DNA from: Azolla caroliniana
Lineage: Eukaryota > Plantae > Polypodiophyta
NCBI GenBank assembly: GCA_043228905.1
Contig: JBHGNT010000011.1
Location: 1,364,001-1,428,000, forward strand
Length of the DNA stretch: 64,000 nucleotides
Reading direction: 5' to 3'
Shown here: in pieces, positions 12,854-22,626 of the stretch
How positions within the stretch are numbered: the first letter of the stretch is position 1
Layout of the letters: each line of letters starts with the position of its first letter
Notes under the pieces: model-generated
Seen by the model: the letters and a program-made list of their open reading frames with translations, nothing else
Database searches by the model: none
What the model was told of the DNA's origin: nothing
Made by a program: the position numbers and the translations under genes

Positions 12854-13526
12854 GGCTTAAGGTCTAGATAGGGCTCTCTAAGTTATACTCCTCTCTAACC
12901 ATATACTCCTCCCTAAACATAAACTTCTCTCTAAACAAAAGCCAAATCAATAGAATGTCTATATTATGTAATATTCTATTAAAATACAATACATCTAAAA
13001 ATTATTTTTAATAAAGTAATTTAACTTAAATTATCAATCATTATATAAACTAGATCTAAATGATGTTAAATCAAGTAAAATATAAAACTAATCATTAACA
13101 AGCCTTGAATATGTTGGATTAATGTTAAAATCATTGGCTAATTAATGACACCCATTTTGATATAGAACGTCTCACTCATTGATTCTTTAATGCTCACCAT
13201 TTTAAATATTAGACTTATCAATCATTGGTTAATTCATGCCCACATCTTTAATACATAACTATTGAGAGTCATAAATTTTTTTGCTTTTAGTAATCAATCA
13301 TTGGTACATTCATGAACCTCTATCATTGTCTCCTTCATAACCTTTGAAGTGATTGTAGGTTGTTATGAGTATAAAAGATTGATCAATATGTTAGTTTGAC
13401 TTTGTAATCATTAATACAATCATAAGTTACTATAGTTAATGTGACTATGGTTACAAACTAACTATCCTCAAAGTTACCAACATTGGTTAAGATGACTATG
13501 GTTACTTTAACCATGGGTTCAATCCC

Positions 13527-13534
13527 TATAAATA
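13527..13534 (+). promoter_or_regulatory. Probable TATA box of the ParB-MTase gene
   Basis: CCTATAAATAGG about 150 bp upstream of ATG 13677, followed by pyrimidine-rich initiator-like TTTCACTCAC. Confidence 0.55.
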
Positions 13535-13560
13535 GGAAGACCTCATCATATTTCACTCAC

Positions 13561-13623
13561 CAGAGCGTACAGAGCGTACAGAGCGTACAGAGCACACAGA
13601 GCACACAGAGCGCACAGAGCACT
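13561..13623 (+). repeat. 9-bp tandem repeat (CAGAGCGTA/CAGAGCACA, about 7 copies) in the predicted 5' UTR
   Basis: Directly visible tandem array. Confidence 0.9.
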
Positions 13624-13676
13624 CAAGGCACAAAGCACGAAAGCGCGATCTCCGCCTCCACACAACACGATCAACC

Positions 13677-16600
13677 ATGTCTTCCAAGAGAGTCGAGCGC
13701 GAGGAGTCCAGGTAGGCCTCTGACACTGTGGACATTTTTGTAAATATGTTTCGTTTCCCAAGAACTCGATACGGCGTATCGAGTTCATGTATACAATACA
13801 AATATTTATACACGAACTCGATACGGCGTATCGAGTTCGTGTGTAAATATTTGTATTGTATACATGAACTCGATACGCCGTATCGAGTTCGTGTTTAAAG
13901 TATAGGTTTTAAACATGAACTCGATACGGCGTATCGAGTTCGTGTTCATAGTGTAGGTTTTAAACACGAACTCGATACGCCGTATCGAGTTCGTGTTTAA
14001 AGTGTAGGTTTTAAACACGAACTCGATACGCCGTATCGAGTTCGTGTTTAAAGTTTGAATTTTAAACATGAACTCGATACGGCGTATCGAGTTCGTGTTT
14101 AAAACCTATACTTTAAACACAAACTCGATACGCCGTATCGAGTTCGTGTTTAAAATTCAAACTAGGTTTTAAACACGAACTCGATACGCCGTATCGAGTT
14201 CGTGTTTAAAGTGTAGCCTTTGAGAGAGAAAAATCGTTTACGGGGTAGAAATGTTATCAAATTGTCTGTCAAAATCAGTCTTTTTATGTTGAGTTTACTT
14301 ACTTTTAAACAAATACATGCTCTAATTATAGGTGTTTTTTGACCTACTTTAGCTTAAAATAGTAGAAAATGATCTACAAATTGCATTCACTATGGCAAAT
14401 TCTCATCAATATAGGTTTAGAATCTATATAAGTCATACCTACTATTTAAAAGAATATATAACCCGTTTTACTTATTACGATATATATTTTCTAGGTTGAA
14501 TAGCCCTGCCTAGAATAGATTTTTGAATATGTTACTGCTCCTAGAAACTGTTCTTCATTATAATAACAACTTCAATCTACGTAACTGTCTAACTTATGTT
14601 TTTGCATATACTTTCTTAAATAGGTCGTTTGAGAATCTGTCAGACCGACCCGTGAAGAAAATTAAGCTTCGCATACAAGGTTCTCCAATCGAAGCCCAGA
14701 CCAAGGTAACTCCGGAGACCATGAAGAGAGGAAAAAAGCTTCTCTTTAACGAAGAGACAAAATCTCAGCCCCATAGTGATGTAAGCCAAAAGAAAATTGT
14801 CGCCGCTACTGGAGGCGAAGACCTTCCTGACCGAGATCTAACGGACAAGGAATGGTGTATGCAATATGTCGACTCAAAGAAAAAAGTCGTATTGTATACA
14901 GCAAAGAAGAAGGGTGAGGGGCAGCTAGGAAAAGAAACTCCATTTATGTATGGCCGAATTCTACGATTTGACTACGAAGATGCAGATTCGGCCAACATAC
15001 TGGTAATGATAGAGTGCTCCAAGGGGGTACGCAAAGTGTTCCTTTCAGAAGATCTTTTAGTAAAGGAATCTTGTGGGCCTGAAGTGTTCAAAAAAGCACT
15101 TGATAACTCACAAAACCTGATTGTTACCTTGAGGCCTTATATACAAGGCCATGTAACTCTACGAGATGAAGAGCCCTCCCACTTGAAGGCCACTAAAAAG
15201 GTATCCAAAGTTCAGTCAAGACCAGCCAAGAAGAAGACAACGAAAATGTCGGATACGGATTCGACAAGTGAAAATGAAGAAGAGGATAATAAGGGGACGC
15301 CAGGAGCCGAGCTGGCCTCGGGTGTTTTGTCATCCGAGCAGAATAAAATAAGAAGAGAGTTAATGCAACGGAAGCTGGTCAGGAAAGGGCAAGTATTTAA
15401 TTTGCCTATAACACACATCCATCGGCCCCCTATTGATGAAAAAACAGGTCGAAGACCACTTGAGATTAGAGAGCCTCATCGCATGCATGTTCAAAATCTC
15501 AAGAAAAAAATGAAAATTAATCCTCATGCCACAATGGTGCCTTTTATTGTTATGGTGGATCCTGAAGAATGTGAAACCATTGAAGATTTTGATATCAGAA
15601 AGCATGATCAATATAATTATTTTGTCATTGGTGGATCGCATTCAGCAGAGGCACGTCGACAACTTGTAAGAGAACATCCAACCACTTTCTTCTTCAAGTA
15701 TGCCGAGTGCAAAATATATGTTGGGCTCACAACCGAAGAGGCTAAGCTGTTGGCATGGGACCATAATAATGATAATGACTATAGGCAGAAAATGTCGTCT
15801 ATTGAGCGTATCCGGTTCTTCCACCACGAGTATTTAGATGTGAAACAAAAGTTTGGTGTGAAGTTACATCCAGGCCTTCGACGTCAATGTCTGCATGAAG
15901 TCGGCATTGTGGTAGATGATAATGTTAGGTCCGATGGTCTTCGAAAGTATGAATCTTGGTTTCAATTGGCGTTTAGAGATGGAGAAGTATGGGACCTCCA
16001 AGATCAAATCTTCTCAATGTGGGAGAATAAGGAGGTAAAGGGTCAACGACAAAAGAAATGTAGGGTTGACCCTCAACTAGAATTAAAGTCACAAGCCGCC
16101 AAGAAAATTGACTTGACAATTGAAGAAGCGGTAGACGACATGAAGCTGTCTCTATGGAGAGCGATGCAAGGTATTAAGGACGAGCAGCTTCTTGTGTCCG
16201 TTTTGTCAAGGGTTGTGGCGAAAGATTTAAGCCTTGAAGAAATGGTCACCGAGTTCAATAAGTAAGTCTTTCAAATACTGAAATTGTAGTCTATCTGGTG
16301 TAATTCAAAGTTCTAATCTTGATTTCTAATTTTACAGTCATAAGGTGTACATGAAGATCCAAGAAGTAATGATGAAACAACTTGGATGTATAACTTGGGA
16401 ACAAGTGACCGAGGATTATCCTCTAACGTCTTCGTATAAGGCGTTATCAGAGTATTTTATTGCATTCAAGGATTGGGTTAGTATTGATGTTTTTTCATTA
16501 CCCTTTCATCATATGTAGAGGTTGTATAATAATACCTGATGTCCTATTGCTTCTATTAGAAACCGTGTCGAGGCAAGAAACAAGGAGAAGTTAAGGATAT

Positions 16601-17847
16601 ACACGATTTCCCTACATCCTTCCTTGCACATCTCGAGCGAGCCAGAAAAGAAAAGGATCGTCGCTTAGTCAAGGCGTACGAAATGGAGGAAGATGGCTCG
16701 TTTAAAAAATTTAGCCACAAGAAAGATATTACGAGAGATCTTTACTACAATGTGGTTTGCGGTGATGTCATCGACTTGATCCAGAAGGTGCCAAAGAAGG
16801 AATATACGCTAATGATTGCGGATATTCCTTACAGATTTCGAATGGCTGGGTCATCATACGACGATGAACCGTTTAGGTTTAAACAATTGGAGAAGATGGT
16901 CAAGGATTTCGCTGAGCTAACGACCGCATCCTTGTGGCGAATAGTTGTCTTTCATAGTATGGACCAAGGGTACTCGGTAGCTCAAGCTTTGAGATCTCGT
17001 TGCCATGGCATCGAGAACCTTGCATGGTAAGGATTATTTATAGGTGTCTTTCATTATATTGCAATTCTTAAGGTTGTTGAATCTATTTTTAACTCGATGA
17101 ATTATTTTTTATAGGATCAAGACCAATGTAAATAGAGGGCCAACTTTTCGGTTCGTTAATGCCATTGAATACATAACGGTTGGCTACTTCGATGAAATTA
17201 AAAAACAGAGAATCAAAGAGCATTCTAATGAAGTGGGAGGTTCAAATCTGTTGGTATATCCAGCAGTGACTCGGAAATTGCGACATGTCACCACGACAGA
17301 ACGGGGACTTGTCAACCCATACCAAAAACCTCAACGACTTATGATGCGCTTGATCGAGATGTTTTCTGTCGAAGGAGACTGGATATTAGATCTCTTTTCT
17401 GGCACAGGTATTCCTCGAACTAGGGTAACGATCTTGAGATAACCAATCACTTTTTTCGTTTGACAACTAAATCTTCTTGTTACTTACATCATAGGAACTA
17501 CGTCAGCATGTGCATTGAAGCTGTTTAGGAATACAGTTGCATTGGAGAAGGACGAGGACCAAGTTATATTTATTAATATGCGGATTAAGGCTTTGTGGGA
17601 GTGCCCAGACCAGGATGAGGAGGTCGGTGCAAAGAACCTCGCCAATACAGAAAGGTTTCAACCCGCTTCGCGAGAGCCTATTCCTCCGTTAGCCGGCGAA
17701 CCGGGAGAGCTAATAGAGCTTGATGATGAGCTTATAGAAGATATTTCGTTGGCCCGGCTAACAGGGGAAACCAATGCACGTATAGCCGAAGACAGTTCTA
17801 CACAAGATGATGAAGAAAATGACGTAGATGAATTGATTGCTATGTAA
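13677..17847 (+). CDS. ParB/Srx-like domain fused to a beta-class N6-adenine/N4-cytosine DNA methyltransferase; six exons, about 974 aa
   Basis: Predicted exons: 13677-13711, 14624-16261, 16338-16476, 16560-17026, 17115-17407, 17495-17847. All introns are GT-AG with matching phases (2,2,0,2,1), total 2925 nt, no internal stop. ParB-like motifs: PFIVMV...YFVIGGSHSAEARRQL...LLAWDHNNDNDYRQKMSSIE. MTase motifs: CGDVIDLI...LMIADIPY (IV), WIKTN, NPYQKPQRLMMRLIEMFS (X), WILDLFSGTGTT (I), VALEKD (II). Confidence 0.88.
13762..14210. repeat. Array of nine 25-bp palindromes GAACTCGATACG(G/C)CGTATCGAGTTC in intron 1 of the ParB-MTase gene
   Basis: Cores start at 13762, 13814, 13866, 13917, 13968, 14019, 14070, 14121 and 14177 (period 51-52 bp, last 56; copy 8 has one substitution). 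Arms often extend to TTTAAACAC...GTGTTTAAA. Confidence 0.97.
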
Positions 17848-18858
17848 TAGACTCTATAAAGAATATGACACTGACGATTTGTTAAGATTTCACATTATTA
17901 ATACAAATTTTGGGTTTTACCTAGTGGATTCTATTCTTTATAATCATCTATATGTTTCAATTTTATTTTTATATACCTCATTAGTAGATTTATGATATTG
18001 GTTTCACCGCGTGCATAGCTGACTACCAAACTTATGGAGAAACATGAACTAGCTTAAATGGAGGCTGATTTTGGTCCAAGCTAACCTTAACAGAACATGG
18101 CCCTATAATTATTGCCATGACTGTCCATGTTGTTATTATGGATCTTTGTCTTATATTGTTAAAACTATTATGTTTCTATTCCATTGCTGCTTAGATTGTG
18201 TAGTGTGTTGATAATGGTTCCAGTTGCGTTATCGTTCGGAGTTTGATCTTGTGTGAATCACCTAAGCAATAGAGTAGATCAATTTTAAATACAGGTATGA
18301 AAGCCTAATAGGTTTGTTATTTCCACGACATTATCCTAAAGTTCACTGCCTTACATTGTGCACAATTATATACACATATGGTTTGATCCCATATGAACAA
18401 ACTGAGGAATAGATTAGATCAACTTTTAATATAAGTATTGAATACTTTAATAAGTTAGTTATTCCAATCACTTATCCTAATGTGCACTATCCTACATTTT
18501 CGACAATTACATACATGCACGTATGGGTCAAAGTATAAATTATATCTCATTTTATTAGTATGGATACAAGTACACCTCATAATTTTGTAAAACCTACCTA
18601 ATTAATATAAGTCTTTAAGTTAGTGTTTCCCTTGTCGCACAATAGTGCCATATTGAGCCATAGTTGAACTTTATTTAGATACATTAACTTATCAACATGT
18701 CTAAACTTGCATGATTTCTAATGATCTCCACTCGTAGATCTATCATGTATTTTTATATTTGCAAATTCTTATCAAGTTGAGGAACATGTGATACTAGTGC
18801 ATCCAATTATTGTAGAGAGGGTGTATTTGCTTCGTTTTAAGAAGATTCTACAAGTGGA

Positions 18859-18894
18859 ATGCGCAATCCTTCCACTTGTGAACGCGAACGTGTT
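18859..18894 (-). repeat. Right terminal inverted repeat
   Basis: Reverse complement is AACACGTTCGCGTTCACAAGTGGAAGGATTGCGCAT, one mismatch to the left TIR. Confidence 0.95.
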
Positions 18895-20396
18895 GATATC
18901 GTGCAGGCAAATTGTTGACAGGAACGGAGATGTCTCGTGACAAAATGGCCAGTGTAGCAACCTAACTGGAATTGGCTGCAATGGAATCAAGAGAGTGTAG
19001 TGACCCAACCGGATTGGGCCGCATAGGAAAAGTGATGGAGCGATAGCACCAATCCACAATCAGATTGTGTGTCTCCAACAAAGATAGCCCTAAAACAATC
19101 GCATGTCGGGGGGTTGCAATGAGGTAGAAGGTTAGTACCTCATGGTGGGGCCTGACTTGAAGGACCAACGAGATAGTGACTTCTGTAACCGCCCCCGAAG
19201 AGAGAACCCGACCATTGATCGCTTCAACGGATATGAGTTGTGATGTGCAGACGGTGGGGATATCATGTGCGCAAACAAATGATATATCGATAAAATAAGT
19301 AGATGGTCTGGAGTCGAGCAAATCATGAGAGTGTATTGAAGTCGGCCCAAAACAAAGGCTTACTTGCAAAGCAAACCCTCCTAATGGTGGAACAGACTTG
19401 TAGAAGCATGGAGAAGGTGGGTAAGAGGAAGCGTAGCGGCATGGCTCCTATTGCAGCCGAACTTGGTCGTTTTCTAGTTGTCAAGGAACCTCTGCAAGAC
19501 ATGCATGGTGGAATTGGTGTTGAGGGCCCTAGACCAGGCAGTGGCAGATGACTTGGCCAGGGTTACCACAATAGAGATAAAGGCCATTGTCACGACGATG
19601 TCGGCATTGGGCATCAGTTAATGGTTGAAACCGAGCGTGGTCAATCTCCATTGGGGTACTATGAGAATCGACCTCCATCGTAGTGGGAGTATCATTGGGT
19701 GATGGTAAGGTTGGTGTGCGGGGCCTGACTATTGATGCGTTTCTGGAGGAAGACTAAAACTCGCGAGTCCCACGTTCTTCTTGATGAAACTGGAACAGAC
19801 AATTATCACATTGGACAGCTTGGAAGATTACTTGAGACAATGATGTGGGCTCCGGAAAGTTCAAGAGAAGAGGCTTGACATCGTTTCGGAAACCGTGGAG
19901 AAAATGGTCGCATAAGGCTTGGTCTGTATCACCGAACGTATCTTCGTGCTCAGTAAGGAAAGCGGTGAAGTGTTCTAAGAGAGGGGATGAAGACTCAACT
20001 AAGGGTGCAAACCACACTTGCACCAACCCGGAGAGAAGGGTGCCGATAAGGCCGACCCGAGAGAATTTGTTAGCATACTGTTGGGGTTGTAAACGGATGA
20101 TAAGCCGAATTTGATTGATGAAGCCGTGAAGATATGCCCTCGTGCCATTGAATTTGTCAGGTAGGCTCACGGTTGGTTCGAGGACATATGGATGGGAAGA
20201 GGAAGTGGTTGGGCTAGGTGCCGATGGTGGTTGTGGCTCGACGGGTGGTGGGTTTCTTCATGTTCCGGATTGAAGCTCTCGTAATGATTCCCAAAGGATT
20301 TCATTTTCGAGTTGAAGTTGTTGCAAGGCTGCCATTGCATGGTTTAGGTTGTCAACAAAGTCGGACATGTTAGCAAGAAGAGGAAGGCGAACAAAC

Positions 20397-20751
20397 TATC
20401 ACGGATGAGTATAATAGAGTAGAACCAAGACGAGACTAAGAACTAGGAGAGAGAAAAAGAACAAGAACTTGACTTATGATTCCGTAACTAGTGTTGTTCA
20501 CCTTGATTAGAATCAAGGTGCACCTGAGTATTTATACAAGAAGGTAGAGGTATGTATGCTAGCTAGGAATAGAGAATGCATGAGGATGCATGCAACATAG
20601 GAATTTCCAATGTTCAATCTACCATACATGAAGTTGGATTTAATACAAGGATTCATAGATGGATGTAGTTTAGTTGGTAAGGTTGCCCAATGGAGACCAA
20701 GAAGTCTTGGGTTCAATCCCTACCATCCACCATGGGGTTGCAAATGTAATA
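20397..20751 (-). repeat. 5' LTR of the Tcn1-like element 3022-20751
   Basis: About 355 bp. Shares the T(G/A)TCACGGAT end, GTTCACCTTGA segment and TATA with the 354-bp LTR at 23728-24081. The boundary at 20751 is inferred. Confidence 0.7.
20659..20731 (+). other. Degenerate tRNA-like sequence (Pol III A/B boxes) embedded antisense in LTR U3
   Basis: A box TAGTTTAGTTGG (20666-20677), B box GGTTCAATCCC (20710-20720), acceptor-like TGGATG/CATCCA pairing over about 73 nt. The anticodon arm is not paired. Confidence 0.55.
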
Positions 20752-21846
20752 GATGTCTATGACAACGCCGGCGAACTGACGTCATACGAAGAAGCATCAA
20801 CATCCCCCAATTCGGCCACATGGCATATGGCGATGGAGTCAGCAATGAACTCTATTCGGGCAAACAAGACTTGGGACTTGGTCGTACTACCGAAAAATCG
20901 ACGTGTTCTTCTGTGCAAGTGGGCCTACAGATTAAAAGAGATGTCTGATTCGACCACCCCAAAATTTAAGGCCAAACTAGTAGCAAAAGGTTTTCGACAA
21001 CAATATGGTGTCGACTTGAACGAAATCTTTTCACTAGTGGTGAAAATGACCACCCTTCGATTCCTACTCAGCGTAGTGGCAGCCGAGCACTTGGAGTTGA
21101 TTCAGCTAGATGTTAAAACAACTTTCCTCCATGGTGACCTTGAGGAGAAAATTTATATGGAGCAACCGAAAGGCTTCTTGGTATCCGACCAAGAGCATCT
21201 AGTCTATTGACTCAGGAAGAGTCTTTACGGCCTGAAACAGGCATCGAGACAGTGGTATAAGAAGTTCAATGACTTCATCCAATCAGTCGACTTCTCAAAG
21301 AGCGATGAGGACCACTGCCTCTTCACCAAAACAACTTGAGATGGGTCTTCCATCTTCCTCATCATCTACGTGGATGACATACTACTCTCCGATCGTCATA
21401 CCGGACAACTCGCTGAACTTGTTCGGCAATTGTGGTTGGATTTTGCCATGAAGGATCTCGGTATGGCAAGACACATTCTCGGGATGTTGTTTCTATCTCA
21501 ATTCGACTATATTGGACATGCCTTAGAATGTTTCAACATGCAATTGTCAAATCTAGTTCGATGCCACTCCCCATTAATCTTCGCTGCCCGACATCCGGTC
21601 CGGAGGGGGAAGATATGAAGTCGATATCGTATGCACCAGTAATCGGCTCCTTGATGTACGTGATGGTCACGACACGGCTTGATATTACTCACGTTGTCGG
21701 AGTTGTCAATAGATTTATGTACAATCCTGGTCGATCGCATTGGAACGCAGTTAAGCATGTGGTTAGATACCTTGTGGGCACAAAAGACTATTGCATCCTA
21801 TTCGGCCCGAAAGAAACATCATGCATAGTTAGTTACACCGACTCGG

Positions 21847-22295
21847 TGTCATGATATGGTGAGACTCAAACCTGTGACCTTATGTTACATGAGTCGAGCT
21901 CTTGACCATTAGAAATACGAAGGATATTATTTTCATTTAAGTTTTACTATAGAAATTTGATGTTTATTCCAGATTTCTCTAGAACATTATAGAAACTTCA
22001 GGAGTACTTCTAAGAACACTATAAAAGGAGGCACAAGGCATTATTTCGAACCAAATCGGTTCAACGCCAGTCTTAAGCCTCCTAGCTACTATTGTATATT
22101 CTCTTAACATAATATATATCTTTTGTTATCATCATTCTCTCTCTCTCTCACACACTCACTCACTCACTCACTCTTTCCTTCTCTCGAGAGTTCTACACCT
22201 CCCTTAGTACTAATCCTCATCTTTTAGTACTAATTCCTTCTCTATCTTAGTACTGTTCCTAACAATACTTCTCTGTCTTAGTACTGTTCTTGACA
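21847..22295 (+). mobile_element. Solo LTR (449 bp)
   Basis: TGTCA...TGACA ends, perfect TSD CTCGG, internal TATAAAAG. Interrupts the RNase H motif YTDS|DFAG. Confidence 0.9.
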
Positions 22296-22626
22296 CTCGG
22301 ACTTTGCTGGTTGTATGGACAATCGAAAGTCAACAACCGGATACTACTTCAAATTTGGCAATGGAGCAATCTCATGGAAGTCAAAGCTTCAGGAGTGCAC
22401 TGCTACATCAACAACGGAGGCCGAATATGCAGTCGTGTCCAACGCGGCAAAAGAAGCCTTATGGCTCGGTTAGCTAGCATGCACGTTTCGACAAGTCGAA
22501 TCTGACTCGGCTCCAATTGTCTACAACGACAGTCAAGGTGTTGTTGCTCTATCGAAAATTTTGGTTCATCACAACACCTCTAAGCATATCCACGTTCGAT
22601 ATCACTTTGTCAAAACTGCGTCATTT

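Larger units (their letters stand above)
9715..18894. mobile_element. Apparently intact 9,180-bp TIR DNA transposon (Sola1-like) carrying a transposase and a ParB-DNA methyltransferase gene
   Basis: 36-bp TIRs match at 35/36. 4-bp TSD GATA at 9711-9714 and 18895-18898. Excision restores the host Gypsy reading frame CCT GCA CGA TAT CGC AAC TTT TCG (PARYRNFS). Both internal genes are open. Confidence 0.93.
3022..20751 (-). mobile_element. Degenerate Tcn1-like Ty3/Gypsy element (5' LTR 20397-20751, gag, PR, RT, part of RNase H), split by a Copia (3252-8821) and a DNA transposon (9715-18894); 3' end deleted
   Basis: Gag SLPDKFNGTRAYLHGFINQ (19754-20170), protease region 18962-19369, [14 protein letters not shown] and VIYLDNILVFS (8830-9700). 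Removing the inserts restores LGLANF|YRRFIDGF and LPARY|RNFSDILEK. RNase H ETDASDFAIGAVL lies at ~3030-3070. Confidence 0.85.

Noticed and set aside
13516-13526. B-box-like GGTTCAATCCC next to the MTase TATA box
   Set aside because: It is a single short match with no clear A box or tRNA geometry and may be chance.
13546-14069. ORFs with repeated NSIRRIEF peptides
   Set aside because: These are translation artefacts of the 51-bp palindromic repeat inside a predicted intron.
13762-14210. CRISPR array
   Set aside because: The spacers are short, reused and inverted rather than unique, there are no cas genes, and the context is a eukaryotic intron.
14523-14623. ORF-track N-terminus MNMLLLLETV... 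of the 580-aa ORF
   Set aside because: It starts at TTG and lies in the AT-rich 3' end of intron 1 (branch-like CTAAC, TAG acceptor at 14623). ATG 13677 with a phase-compatible exon fits better.
13677-17847. Bacterial contamination or a restriction-modification system
   Set aside because: The gene has five spliceosomal introns, has no adjacent endonuclease, and sits in a TSD-bounded element inside a plant-type retrotransposon.
20659-20731. Functional tRNA gene
   Set aside because: The anticodon stem is unpaired and the D and T stems are degenerate, so it is reported only as tRNA-like.
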